A stretch of 64,000 nucleotides of DNA from NCBI RefSeq assembly GCF_037042905.1, contig NC_087245.1, positions 5,954,001 to 6,018,000 of the forward strand, given 5' to 3'. Below, one piece after another: positions 39,542-52,869 of the stretch. Made by a program: the position numbers and the translations under genes. The notes beneath the pieces were generated by a model. It was not told the DNA's origin. It worked only from the letters and a program-made list of their open reading frames with translations, and did not search any database. This DNA is from Lytechinus pictus. Its lineage: Eukaryota. The first letter of the stretch is position 1. Every line of letters begins with the position of its first letter.

Positions 39542-40521
39542 ATTATGGAGTGAGCCTGTGCCTATGGAGGTTTTGAAAAGAAATATGGCGCAATATAAAT
39601 GCTGTGGATTATCCTTTTTTTTAATATAATCGAACATGCTTATAAAATATTTATAGATGGAATGTCCTTGCCATTGCTGAATGGTATGTAATGCACGTTG
39701 GGAGTGATCTGATATAACTGATGGGCTATTTTTTCATCCTTGCTTTCATTTATCTTCTCTGGAAAGAAACAATAAAATACCAAAGAAAAAGCTTATAGAC
39801 AAGTATTTTCTTTCTTTGTTTTTATTTGACTATAGGGTGTTGTCTGTATTTCATAAACTTTTGCAATACCACTGAATACGGGCAGCTGCTGTTCGCTCAA
39901 TTTCCTCTACTGACGTCATACCGCCTACCTTCAATGTTGGGAACCTTAGAAAACAAAGATGATTATAAAAATTGCGAAACAATCCTGGCGGATACGTGTT
40001 AACACTTCATAAAGCACTATTTTGTAAAGAGATGAAGAAAGAGTACACTTTATTACAAACTATACCGAATGAAATCGGGAAACCGTCAAGTTTGAATGAA
40101 TTCTGACATATATTGAAGGTCTCTTTGAAAGAGAATATTGTTTAGGGTGCGGCTTTCCTTAAACCGCTCAATATTTTTACGTCACTGAGTTATTGACCTA
40201 TAATTTCACTTTATTTCAACATAAAAATCGAAATATTAGGAATGGTTCCGAGGTACGAATTCCGCATAAATATCATCCGTGCCTTGAATAAATACTGGCA
40301 ATGAAAGATAAGGAAAATTCTAATATAATTACACAAATTGATTTGTAAAACTGAGATAAGAAGACAATTGAAACACTATTGATAAATTATACATGTGTTC
40401 ATGTTCCTATGCTCATTTGTAATACAAATCATGCAAAAATATTTTGTCACGAATTTTTGCTTTCATTTAGTAAGTATTTGTTTCGATATAAAAAATAGGA
40501 CACCAAGTATATTTTAAGAAC

Positions 40522-42082
40522 ATCTGTTGGCTTCTACTGATTGCTTTGGAACGACTTAACCACCTGTACTGACCGTACAGAAACGTAAGTGCTAACAGAG
40601 GCCCTGTTACAACCGGTAATGTGGCGGCGATGTCCAATGTTACAACAATGCATTAGGTCGCATGTCATACGGTGGTCAAATTTCGCGAACAGGGTAAAAA
40701 TTGTCAAAAATTTTATTGTTTGATATGTTATAGCTATTACCATTCTCCAAATAATTAAAAAGTTTTAAGTTTCACATACCTTTAATTTTCCTTAAAATTA
40801 CTAATTATTACATAGACGTAAATGTGAATTTTGAAATGTGTTTTTCTCAAATTGGACCTGCTGCACATAAAATGGTGTGAAAAGTTAATGCAACATTGGA
40901 TCACCCTAGTATTTTGCAATTATAATCTTGAAACATCAATAATTACATCTGTACCAAAAATCGAATAATTATCTATTATTCTATGAATATTAATTATACT
41001 TATTAATTAACAGTATTTAATTTCACATTTTTGCCCCCAAAATACCTGTCACTGTATTTATATGCTTGGCAAAATGACAACATCATGGGTAGAAATGTTT
41101 GTTACAATGATACACAACATTTGTACTAAAAATTAAGATTACAAATTAGTTAATTAACAAAATTTCTCCAGTTTACTAATCGATTAGGTTGCAGATCAGA
41201 GCTGAGATACACATGTATTTCATTGCTGCATATTTTTAAAATTGTCAAATTATTATGACATTTAGTTGTTCCCTGCTTTAAAACACCCAGAAATTTGTGG
41301 ATAACAGTCATATTACATATTATAGTAAGTTGTTAATTAAGTTTAATTAATATTCTATCATTCACCGCATCCACCGGCTCCGCCACCCCTGTTATTTCAA
41401 ACTTAATGTGCTATAGTTTTTGTTCCTGATATTGTATTGATCTAAATCATAGTAATATATTTAGCCTATAGTTTTAGCTTCAAAATGAGATCTTACTCAA
41501 TAAATTTGGTCAAGATGCTGTGATGTAGCAACAATTTATCCATGGCACCATGTGGAAAATTGTTCATACGCCACCCTTTTTGCATACCCAACTTATGAAA
41601 TGCGACCATTACTTACACATTGAAATAATTGTTTTGACTTCGCAATCCGTTAGTTGTGACTAGGCTTACTGTTAGCGCTCTATTAGGCTTTCAACGTTTC
41701 TGTGCGGCCGGTGTAGCGGTGAATCTGGTTCTAGCGGCGGATACGGTATCCGCCGGCAGATATCGTTCTTTACTCGGGTTGACGCGGCTTAATTTTATTA
41801 ATTATTTTTCTTTTAAAATAGATAGCTAAAAATGGTATAGGTCATATATAATTTTGAAGGAAATGGGTACCAGGTGCATGCAGATCGAGAAACGATAGCA
41901 AGAACGATATCTGCCGAAGAGAAATTGGTTGTGAATCCACCGAAATTGGAACACGATCTGCCGGCAGATAGCGTTCCTAGAACCTATCCGCCTAGCACCG
42001 GATCCGCCGCTACACCGGCACAAGTCACTTCTGATACGGTTAAAACGACGAACCAAAATGTACTTTTCAAAAGCCCACAGAT
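40522..42082. mobile_element. Nested pair of inverted-repeat elements (inner element ~40573-41707)
   Basis: Outer ends atctgttggctt / aagcccacagat. Inner ends ccgtacagaaacgt / acgtttctgtgcgg. GC-rich arms at 41707-41768 versus 41950-42020. Confidence 0.5.
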
Positions 42083-44873
42083 TTACCTGCTGTCAACTTC
42101 CCGCGGGAAGTGGCGAGAAAGCCGAACAATAGGGATGCTTTTATTAAGGGTTGAGGGTTTACCAGAGTGAGATGTATCCCCTTGGCGTGCCATGGCGTCT
42201 CCGTAATGACGCATCACAGATACATATCTATAAGCAACCATTTCTCTGAATTCACAGTCAATTTTTTTTTCTCAACCGAAAATAATGTTCAATATCATTT
42301 TGTTAACAATACAAGTGCTGGAATTCCTGTGGTATTTTATATTAAAAAAAAGGGATTTATTTTTCTTCACAAACTGAATTTGTGTTATCATAATTTCAAT
42401 TTCTTGATATTAACAGAATGGCTTTATGCGATAAACCGATGGGAATTTTCGATATCAAGAATTTCATTCATGCACTAATTTCATTTCGCGATAACAAAAA
42501 TTCATATTTCAGAAGAAAAATGGCTTGTCCTTGTATTACACCCAATGTGGCAACCTGTTGTAAAGGTGCGGCAACATCATGACAAGTATAATTGGGCGAG
42601 GCCAGACGTTATCATGGTTATAGCTTTATCAATATTGATCATTATATTATGAGTGTGTGTGTGGCCCATATGGGGGCTAGAGGGAGGGGGAAGTGGCTCA
42701 TGTTGGTCTTGACGGGAATGTGACGCAGTTAAGACACCAAAATTAATTCTTCAGAAACGTATCATGTAACGCTGAGAAGTATATTAATATCAGCTAGGTA
42801 GAAATACTATACCTAATGTCCTACAGAATAATTTCATAAGGTTTGCTGTCATATTTTAACACTACTTACCTAAAAATCTAAGGGTATTTTTTAGAAAAAA
42901 ATTATTTCTCGCAGGACCCAAAATATGGAATTCTCTTGATAAAAAATAATTCATATTTCTTAAGACCATTTGTGGATAGGGGTACCGAGACTGTTAGATA
43001 CTTTCAAAATACAAATAAAAAATATGGAAGGGTATCGAATAGAAAGGTCCCACAATACTCTTAATTTAAGAGGCAAATACCACACCCGGACACCCCCCCC
43101 CCCCTCTCAGTTTTCAGAAAACACTCTTTTATCATTGTTTTCCCAAAATGGACTTTTAACAAGAGGTGGGGCTTGCAATGAAGTTTAGCAAAGGGTGGAT
43201 CCGCATATATTGGTTAATCAACGAGTCACGTCTCAAAACAAGTCTGAATCAAATGTGTATTGATGGAGTTGTCGAAGTGGAATAAATAAACAGTAAAATA
43301 AGAGACAAAAAATGAGATTCAAGGCCAACTACGACCAATATGTCGAATTTGATTGATGCAATGTTCCACCCCTTTTTTTTCTTTGGTAGAAAGCTGGTAC
43401 ATATTCCATTCAAAACATCACAAAAGAGCTGAAGGGATGCATGCATAATGCGTTAAAACCTTGTACGTCATTCAATACAATAACAGTTGTGTGAGAATTT
43501 AGGAGATGGACCTCAATCACAGACTGGCGGAAAGGTGAAATTTTATACTGTTTCAAGACAAAAGCATTTTATAATTCATATTACAGTTTGCAATAACATG
43601 AAAATAATCAGTTATTGAAAACTAGTTAAATCACTCGCACCCAGAATTCTTTCCTACCCAACTTGTATTATTTTGTGCACTTTATCCACATTTATACACA
43701 CACCTCATCACTAAACATACTTACTAATTACATATATTTTATTGACTGTTTTTTACCGGGACGCAAGTTCATATTATCAATTATATTGTCAGCAATATGC
43801 CTATTTGCTTTTCTTATGCAGTGACATCTCAGTTGGATGAATCTTCAAAAGTGATGAGGATGATAAGTCTCTGTTTTAGTATATTTGAATAACATCTTAA
43901 CTCAAATATTGACAGGTTGTTTTTATCAGCAAGCACTTAAATTTCCATTTAGCTATAATTTTCATTTTAGCATATCGCTGTTACATTTTAATCGGTGCAA
44001 TGCAATAACTTGAAAAAAGACATTTAATTCATTCGTTTCATCAAAGCGAATCACGAATGTTGGAGGAAAGTATGACAATAAATCAGGTGCCACGAAAATC
44101 AAATTGGAGTAATCATGTTAATGGGTACCAAATTGATAAACAAATAAATAAAATAAATAAAAAACGTGGATATCTGCTTTAAAAGAAATTAGAAAAATAG
44201 CAACTGTTAAACTGATTAAGAAAAATGTCTAAATAATTATCTTTGTTTATTCATTCTTTTGAGCCATGCTTACGTTTCATGTAGCACATAATAGGATCGC
44301 AATATGAATTTTATTTAACAAAATAGAGGGCGTGATGGAGGTGATGGATTTAATACTAACATGCCCATATAGAGTGGTTTCATCATTATTTGCTTTGGTA
44401 TGTTTAGTCGGCAAACATTAATAAAATTAATTTTTTACATGTTTGTGATAGTGACGTTCTTGATTAAATAGTGTCTGATGTTCAAGAACAAAATATCGCG
44501 ATCAGTTTTCGTCTCTAAGATGGTTGACATTCCTGTTCAAGGAAAAAGAATTTAATTTTCAGAAACACAAAGTCGGCATCGCGGAGTTGAGCAGGACATG
44601 CGTGTTTAAGGGTGCGTGTAGGTGTATGTGGTTCTTTTTTTCACACAAGTATTTATCAGTTATAATTGTTTACGTCGGGGAAGGACCTTTAACGTCACCA
44701 TCCGAAACACATGACCAAGGTTCAAACCACACATCAATTTGTAACTTCCCAACAGAGCTTGGATAACTGGCGCACGTCACAACTCTTAACGCACAGGAAG
44801 ACAGAATCAAAGCATTCTCAAGTCAAGATGAATTAACAAACTGAAACAAGTATTCTGATTTCATTTTAAATAA

Positions 44874-44879
44874 TTTATT
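44874..44879 (-). terminator. Candidate polyadenylation signal (AATAAA) of the AIG1-like gene
   Basis: tttatt on the + strand, ~1.8 kb past the stop codon, followed on the minus strand by T/G-rich sequence. It is one of several possible sites. Confidence 0.3.
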
Positions 44880-45444
44880 GTCCAATACAGCAGTATTTAT
44901 CATAAATTACATCGTACAAAGTATATTCAAAATCACGAAGAAAACGAGAAGTAAAGAGTGAAATGTATTAATTCACCGTAGTTATTGCATAAAAATACGT
45001 TTTTCCAATGTCGCCTTGAAAAATACACACTTTTTTCAATGATAAAAACGGATTTTTAGCAGTTTGGATTTGAGCCTACAATCAAAACTTGCAGGTTAGA
45101 AAACTCGGAATAGCATTAAGTACATTTTTCTTTAGCTCAAGTATGAAAGCGATAGAGGTATACAGTGATACACTTCGAAAAATATTACTCATCACCTCAT
45201 TATAGCCTGTATACGATTAAACACTTGATTAGATGGCAAAATATGAAATCGAACAACAATATTATAATACCAGAGACTATTATAATACCAGAGACATGAC
45301 CAGCATTTCGGACCCCAAAAATGCCATTTATGACTTTGATAGATATTTATTTACGCAGTGTTTTTTCTGTATAGGTATGAGTTAATCATGTCAAGACGTT
45401 ATAACGTTTATTAACGAGGTAGGTTGTTCTATCGTATTATAAAG

Positions 45445-45622
45445 TCAGGTCAATTCAATTCAAATAAACATTTATTTTCTTCCATTTCATTACATTTTTC
45501 GTATTGTAATTCATACAAAAATCAACTTGTTATGAAGAATATAAATATTGTATACATGTTAGGTTTAAAGAAGAAGGCGTATACCCTAAAGCTGAGGCTT
45601 GTGGCGGGAAACGCCTGTAGAC
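45445..45622 (-). mobile_element. LINE/SINE 3'-tail fragment, with related copies at ~49680-49826 and ~56175-56298
   Basis: Shared attcatacaaaatcaRYttgt motif in all three copies, gcttgtggcgggaWacgcctg in the first two, and a ttgaattgaa-type tail in the first and third. Confidence 0.55.
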
Positions 45623-46652
45623 AAAAATACAATAGTCATCTAGGACCGAGTATTTGTGAATCTAAAGATTATCCATACTCAGTAAAAATGTCAAATCTTT
45701 AAACGTCGGGTACTCGACTTAAAAACACCTTAGGTAAAGAGTATTCTCAAGAATGAAATAGGATTGATACGTTAGGTTCTTCGTATTTAAAGGTTTTAAA
45801 CAACTAATTTCATCAAGAAGGTAAGATAATATCAATTCGACCAATCCAATATTCCCATTATTTCTGATGTGATATAGCTGATTGACAATAATGTATGAAT
45901 ATGATTCGCTATCTAACACTGATTCTATAAAGGATATTTATTGCACTTCTTTGACTAAATGTGGAAGAAATGTTGCTTAACTTTTTAAAAACTATTTAAT
46001 CAATAGAGAATGAAGACTATTTCATGGTTTTACGTGATTATCCTGTCTTGTCTGGCAGAACCTTATAAATCCTTATGATCTTTTCGTGAACTGTCATAAC
46101 ACGTCTGGAAACGGGGAAGTATTTACTGGACACCTATATATTAAAGGGAAATAATTCCTGAGTGAGGGCGCTCAAACTTATCAACGATAGGTCTACTCAA
46201 TATTCACCTATAATATTACTGATACATCTCAGAGTCGTTCAATTGGTGGGGTACGTTAGATGAAGTATGATCATTTTAAAGTAATTCTTTTGTCAATTTA
46301 ACCCCCCCCCCCCTCCGACAAATCTTGTAAGGGTTTGCATCGGTCACTGCCCTTGATGAAGATGTACTATGGAACTTATACCAATGACTATGGTCAAATA
46401 TCAAGTAGCCTAAGTTCGTTTCCATTAGGGCCTGTACAGGTATAACGAACTTGGTGAGTTTTACTCACAAAAATGTGAACAGTTTCAGTAACTAGTTGAT
46501 GGTAGGATAACAATGAATTAATCAAAATTTCGCTTACAACGTTAAGCATGTACAGATTGAGCTTGAAATATAGAATTGCAGAGCGATTTGCTGATAGTAA
46601 CCAATACCATGCACTCTTTACTGGTATGAGGTGATTGTCATCATTGTAGAGT

Positions 46653-46684
46653 TTATTTAACCTTCTTTGATCTTTCGCCTGGAC
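46653..46684 (-). CDS. AIG1: AIG1/ADTRP-family gene, exon 6 (GPGERSKKVK*)
   Basis: Acceptor ttcttactttcacag, phase 1, stop TAA at 46653-46655. Ends in a KKxx motif. Confidence 0.8.
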
Positions 46685-47041
46685 CTGTGAAAGTAAGAAT
46701 AATACATAGAGAGAGTATTAGTTTGAGTATTTCATTTGGGGGTAATAAGCAGCACTTCACTTAGACTACAAAAACAATACAATACAATAAAGTAGAATAT
46801 CACACAAATGTAATTAATAACGGCAAACAGTATTATGCTGCACAACGCTTCATTCCAGAACGGGGGGAACGAATGTGGAACATGACTGAAGGAGGAAAAG
46901 AAGAGGAATAAGACGATGATAATGATAATAACGATGATGAAAAATAAAGGAGAAGATGATGATGAGAAGATATGGGAAGAGATATATTATATCATATTAT
47001 ATAATCTATTTCCGACGCGAGCTTTGCTATATGGGCCCTAA

Positions 47042-48243
47042 CAATGGCGTAACTACGGGGTGCATGGGGGCACGTGCCCCCCCCCCCCAATCGGCTGGTA
47101 AAAAAATATATAAATAAAAACGGGGAAAAGGAGAAAAGGAAGGAGAAAGGAAGAGAAACGTTAGTGGGAAAGAAGAATTATTGTTCATTATGATGTTATA
47201 TTACATTATAATTATGTTATATTACATAAGAAACATTTTTTTTCGTAACTTTATGAAACATAATTTGCTCAGGACCTATATGTCTTCATTGTTCTTGGTG
47301 ATCGCATTGTCTGTTCAACGAGATATATAATCCTATTGTACTAAAAATCTACCGTTTTCAAGTCAATTCTCGCACTTCGAGTTATTGTTTTATGTAGTGA
47401 CATATGTTTCTTTGTCATGACTACTTAAAGTGATTGCCCCATTTTAAGATCTTAATATAAAACATTTCCTGTCCGTGCTTACGTTCGCATTAGTGGATTA
47501 ATGAGATATGTCTGCTCTTCATGAATTCCTAAAATCAGTCCTTGAAATGTCCCTTTTTCTGTTCTGAATATCAAAACTTTTCAGCTCGCGCTTCGCGCTC
47601 GCATCGTTTGGTTAGTGAAAAAATACGACGTCTTAGTGAATTCATACAAACACGCCTTAGAATGCCCCTTCTCAGGTCTGAATTTCCTAAATTTTCAGCT
47701 CAGGTTTCGCGCTCGCAATATTGAGATGAGTATGAAAATCCTGATTACAATGACTTCATAAAGTGCTTGTGTTTTCATGTAATTCTAACAAAATCAGCAA
47801 GCGCTTGATATTCGCATTAGATGGCAATGGTGAGATATGTATATTCTTAATGGATTCTTAAAGTATAGTCCTTAAAATGTTGCAATATATTATACTAAAA
47901 ATTCAGCTCGCGCTTTGCGCTCGCATTGTTTGTTTAGCGAGACAGGTACGTATCATGATTACACAAACTTGCTTATAATGTCCCTTTTTTAGGTATGAAT
48001 ATCAAAAATTTTCAGCTCGCGCTCCGTGCTCGCATTATTTTATCAGTGAGATACATATCCGTTTAATTGCACTAACCTTAAAATGCCTCTACCTGGCAAC
48101 TGAGAGCGCTTTGCGCGCTCACTAATACCGTGTTTACATGTGATGATCGGCTTTTGGTTCTGAACCAAAAGCCGATCACATGTAAACACGGTATTTTTGC
48201 TGGTGCCCCCCCCCCCAATGCCGTGACCCACGGTACGCCTATG
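47042..48243. mobile_element. ~1.2-kb non-autonomous hAT-like element in AIG1 intron 5
   Basis: TIR caatggcgta / tacgcctatg, 8-bp duplication ggccctaa / gaccctaa. Reverse-complement homolog of 60660-61823. Confidence 0.85.
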
Positions 48244-48541
48244 GACCCTAAGTCAATTGGCATTCCACATATTTGTAGCTTTGCGAAGTATACCCTTTAT
48301 CAACGACACTTTATTTCTGAGCCCCATATTGGATTTTGGATCCGAAGATTATGGCAGGATCATTCTACATTACATTTGCTGAAAATAATAAATTATCAGA
48401 TATAGTACACTAAATCGTTCGTAATACTGGCAGAATTACAAACGTAACCACTCGGTTGATTTGCTATCTTACTTCTTGTGTCGGGGGGGATATTACGCGT
48501 TCCTTTAATCCTTGTGGCTACCACGGTTGATTGATATTTAC

Positions 48542-48693
48542 CATGAAAGACATTGATGCACCATTCTCCAAGAAAGTAGACTGGAAGGGGTGCGGTTGTA
48601 CATAAAACAATGAAGAAAACAAACTTAATTCCAGAGAGAACCCGAAGGATAGGATACACCCAGATATTAACACCGTATCCCAACCAAAATATC
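48542..48693 (-). CDS. AIG1: AIG1/ADTRP-family gene, exon 5 (IFWLGYGVNIWVYPILRVL...VYFLGEWCINVFH)
   Basis: Acceptor ttttcttgcag, donor G|GTAAAT, phase 2-1. Contains the family WVYPxL and YxLGE motifs. Confidence 0.92.
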
Positions 48694-49905
48694 CTGCAAG
48701 AAAATATGAAAAATATACATTGGTTTAATTATTTCCTTTCACTTCATTTTCAAATATTAATGCTTTAACTATTTGATTAAAAAAAAGTATTTCTAGTTTG
48801 CTTTGTCCAATGGGAAAAGCACTCTTAATATACATCTTAGCTTGTAAAGCATCTCACCTGGTTAAAATACCGATCACTTCATATAAACCAAATTAACATT
48901 GTATGTTTGGAATTTGCGGAGCAAATAAAGGATTGATATTTTTTTCAATATTTAATGCAAATAGCTGAAATTATCAACACTACAATTTCTTCTTTCTTAT
49001 TCCATATGTTTTTAATTACTAATAAACTATTAGGAGTCGTGTGGAAGGTTTGTGGTTCATCATTTTGGTTAGTTCTGAAACGTAGGCCTACTGATAACAA
49101 GGTGGAATGAAGAGAAAGTGATGAGAAATTGAATAAAAAAATGTAAAAAGATGGGAGTTCTCAACGTTATGAGCAGCTTGACTGCCCTGTCATTAATCCT
49201 TGATTGGCAGTGAATATATGTTATTTCTCCAAGGCTTCACCATCGAGCCGCTATCTACTCCTCCCTTGCTCCTCCGAGCCGTCGTATTTCATCTGATTAC
49301 AGTCTTTTTAAAATGAAATTCACCTTATCCCATGAAAGATTCATACACTCTCTTATCTTCTTTCTCTTTCCTTTTATTTCTCATCTTTCAATTATTTTAT
49401 TTCTCTTGTCATCAAATACACAGTGAACCGTAAATCCCCTCATTCATAATTTTTATCATTGAATATGATAGACTTGTATAAAGGCGTGAGAGTTCTATAG
49501 TGTACAATATCCTGACATTCATGACATTACTAGATACAGATGTCTAAATCGTTTTCCAAGATAGTATATGTCCTGAGAATTTCGTGAAGTGTTTAACAAC
49601 AAAATAAATTTGGTTAAAACTAGATTAGATGGTAAACGCAAGGTTTATTCATATCATTTCGTATAAACATTAATTTTTTTTTATTTGACAAATTTGTTTA
49701 TATTTGTAAACATAAATTCATACAAAATCAGTTTGTCGTGAAAAAAAAATTAACATACAAGTTATGTTTATTGTAGAAGGCGGAAGTCCCTAAAAGAAAA
49801 AAGCTTGTGGCGGGATACGCCTGCAGAAACATATATATTACAAAAATGCAATCCAAAAAAAGAAGGGCCGTGTAAAGGGAAGGGTAAAATTATAATTCTA
49901 CAAAC

Positions 49906-50021
49906 CAAGCCATGTAAAGAGCCGAGAAGAGTGAGAGAGTTGTAACACCACGTAACTTAGATGGAGGTTTGTGACGTATCAACCACATGTCAACTAATAA
50001 GATTGGTAAGACGTTTGTATG
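49906..50021 (-). CDS. AIG1: AIG1/ADTRP-family gene, exon 4 (HTNVLPILLVDMWLIRHKPPSKLRGVTTLSLFSALYMAW)
   Basis: Acceptor ttttgcatcaccag, donor TG|GTTTGT, phase 0-2. Aligns with human HTTVLPFILIEM and its first codon is the catalytic His. Confidence 0.92.
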
Positions 50022-50429
50022 CTGGTGATGCAAAACATATTATAGGAAAACTTTAAATTTTAAAAGCATCGATTTATGTATAATTATCATACATTTGTAA
50101 ATGCTAGCAGTTGCCATCTTGTACCATTCAAAGCATCTCCTTACTATCAATCTTACTATCAATTTTGTTTTGTATATTATTATCATGTATTATGTTTTTT
50201 TTGTAATTTATTGTGTAATTTTTAATGTTTTTAACTGTATAGACAGGGCCACTTGGCAGAACAATACTCGATATTGAAAGGGCTACAATGTATAAAGAAG
50301 ACCAAATAAATAAATCATGAAATAACTGCTTTATAAGGATTCAGAATTTTTCTGGGAGTCATACATTTAATCTGTAATTTGGAAACTCTTCGAACAATCT
50401 CACAAGATATTAAGTGAAAAAAAACTTAC

Positions 50430-50531
50430 TAAAACATGGTTGAGCCAAACTGGAAAGAACTCGTCCAACTCTTTTGGAAAGACCAATTTTCTATCAATAG
50501 ACCAGAGTATCCAAAACATGCTAACCACCAT
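50430..50531 (-). CDS. AIG1: AIG1/ADTRP-family gene, exon 3 (MVVSMFWILWSIDRKLVFPKELDEFFPVWLNHVL)
   Basis: Acceptor ctcttttgtag, donor GTAAGT, phase 0-0. Aligns with human [34 protein letters not shown]. Confidence 0.95.
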
Positions 50532-51544
50532 CTACAAAAGAGGAGAGATAAAATTATACATCTATTAATTGTAATAAAAGTATGTTCCCAATTTGCGACA
50601 ACCGTAAAAAAAACTGATTATACATTTGTTCTTAACTAGACAGTGGCAAGATACGTATAATGTAGTAAATGATGTAGTGAGATTAGTGACCGTTTTGTTA
50701 AAGTAATGAAACATTTTCCAAGGCTATTTAAAATGTAGATATTTGCATTTTTTTTCGAAATGAAAAGTTTTTAATACACAGGAGAATACAACTTACGTCA
50801 TTAAAAAAAACACATTGCAATGCGCAATATCATCCTTGATAATCACTTAAGTTAGATCAAAACTTCGGGTTCAATGGAGACCGATGATTTATAATCCAAC
50901 AAACATGACAAAAAAGACAAACATAATTGAAATTTGTATAACTAAAAAAAATTATTTGCATTTGGGCAATTGGAATGAAATTACCTGTTCCCATAGCTAC
51001 AGGTCAATCATTCGTATCAAAACGCCCTACAGAATCATATTATCCGAATCATGCTCAGATGCTGTGTATATATAGTAAATACATAACAGGTCACAAATAA
51101 ATATGAGGGGATAATCAGGGTTCCCAGCCCATCAGGGAAATCAAGGAAAATCATTTTACTTTTTTTGTATTTCATTATATAAAATATGAAATATCTTAAT
51201 TTTCTCCTCATTATTGAAACAAACATTTATTCCTCCTGGGCATGTGGTATTACCATTGTTCTTTTATTTTGTGGAGCACTTAAGTTGGTCATTATTGTCA
51301 AATCTAAAAATTTAAATATTGAGTAGTTCAAACAATAACAAAACAATAAGTAGTGAGTGAGGAAAATCATCGACTCCCTCATTTGCCGAAACTTTAAAAT
51401 GTCATAATTTTCTTATTATAGATCCGATTTTGATGAAATATTCAGTGTATGATTGTTCAGTTTTTATTTATTGATTCAAATCAACATTTTTTGGGGGGTG
51501 TAATTGACCTTTAAAGATTTACATTATTTCGATGAAACAGTTTT

Positions 51545-51870
51545 ATTCATTAATATTCAATTAGCAAATTGATAATGCCACATCCCCACTTGTTCTTAAC
51601 TTAAATCTTATTATATGAAATTATTTTTATTCAAATGTTGTCCTCCAAGAATAAAAACATGGATTGACAACTGATTTAAAGCATCAGCTATTCATTATTG
51701 CATTTTATTTTCTTACAAGGGAGACACACACTTGTATCGAAATCTGAAATAATTATGATTTCATGTTATAACATAATGAAAATGAAAGTGGGGATATGAC
51801 ATCATCAGCCCAATTAATGAATATTCATGACAATGTGCGTATATCTGGTAAATTGCTAAACTTTAGAATT
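51545..51870. repeat. Uninterrupted copy of a common AT-rich interspersed repeat
   Basis: Collinear with the pieces at 60100-60186, 60603-60659, 61824-62010 and 62580-62610. A related copy lies at ~2460-3010. Confidence 0.7.
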
Positions 51871-52514
51871 TGAATTTTCCGCGGGGAACTTTCCCTTATA
51901 CAGAGTGGTTGTCATATTACCGGGTTGTTGTATACTTTCCGGGGTAAATTTCATAGGGGATAGTTGACCTAGTGGTTTCGGGGTAGCTATTCAGGGGAGT
52001 ATGTATCATAACCTAGAACCTATATAGGATAAATAATCAACTTTTTGACAATAAAGATGAATAAAAGCTACAAAAATAATTGTTAAAAATTGTGTTTTAC
52101 TGTTGCCGAAAAACATGTTATTACTGGGCCTTTAAGTAAAACAGAGCCATTTTATCAATGGCTCTGAATAGTGATCCATTCGTATCTTTTTAAGTGTTTA
52201 TATATTTATATTTAATCTTATATCTTGTGCAATGTATTTTTACGTGATATTTATACGGTAAAGAAAACAAAACCAAACCATTAGATTTTCGTAAGCCTCC
52301 CATGTACTTGTACATGTAAATAGCAAATTATTAACTAAGTTTGTTTAGTAATAAAGAATGGTTTGGGTTTTATAATCGTAATTATGACATCCACTTTGTT
52401 GCTAAGCGATTCGACAGTCATTGATAAACCATATTTCAATATTAAAATTCTGTTATCCTCTCCTTACAACTTCCCACTAATGAAGTCTTTTGGAAAAGAG
52501 TATGATAATCTTAC

Positions 52515-52643
52515 CATTCCTACAGGGAAAGCAATAGAAGATAGAAACCAATCTCTCATGGTATGCATCTTTTGGGGTTTCATGCCCATCATCTCCATCA
52601 CATTAGCTACACAACAGAAGAAGAAGTAGACAATCTGAAAGTA
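52515..52643 (-). CDS. AIG1: AIG1/ADTRP-family gene, exon 2 (YFQIVYFFFCCVANV...MRDWFLSSIAFPVGM)
   Basis: Acceptor gatctttgtag, donor GTAAGA, phase 0-0. Contains the RDW and AFPVG motifs. Confidence 0.95.
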
Positions 52644-52869
52644 CTACAAAGATCATACAATGAAAATATGTTAATTGTTGAACAATTATCTGAAAATGAG
52701 GGGCAATGTACCGCTACATGGCAAAACCTTTATCAAGCAAAAGGGCATGATAATAAACTTGTATTTATACATAGTAAAACAAATCTTAATAACAAAATCA
52801 TGTCTATGGCTGACTGTTATTTCTCGACGGAAACCACATTATTGACAAAGTGAATCCCTTCAAAAAAAT

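Noticed and set aside
41826..42170. Overlapping GC-rich ORFs
   Set aside because: They are explained by the GC-rich inverted-repeat element and have no recognisable protein motif.
45258..45295. 18-bp tandem duplication (similar cases at 50139-50163 and 5343-5403)
   Set aside because: These are ordinary slippage duplications with no further structure.
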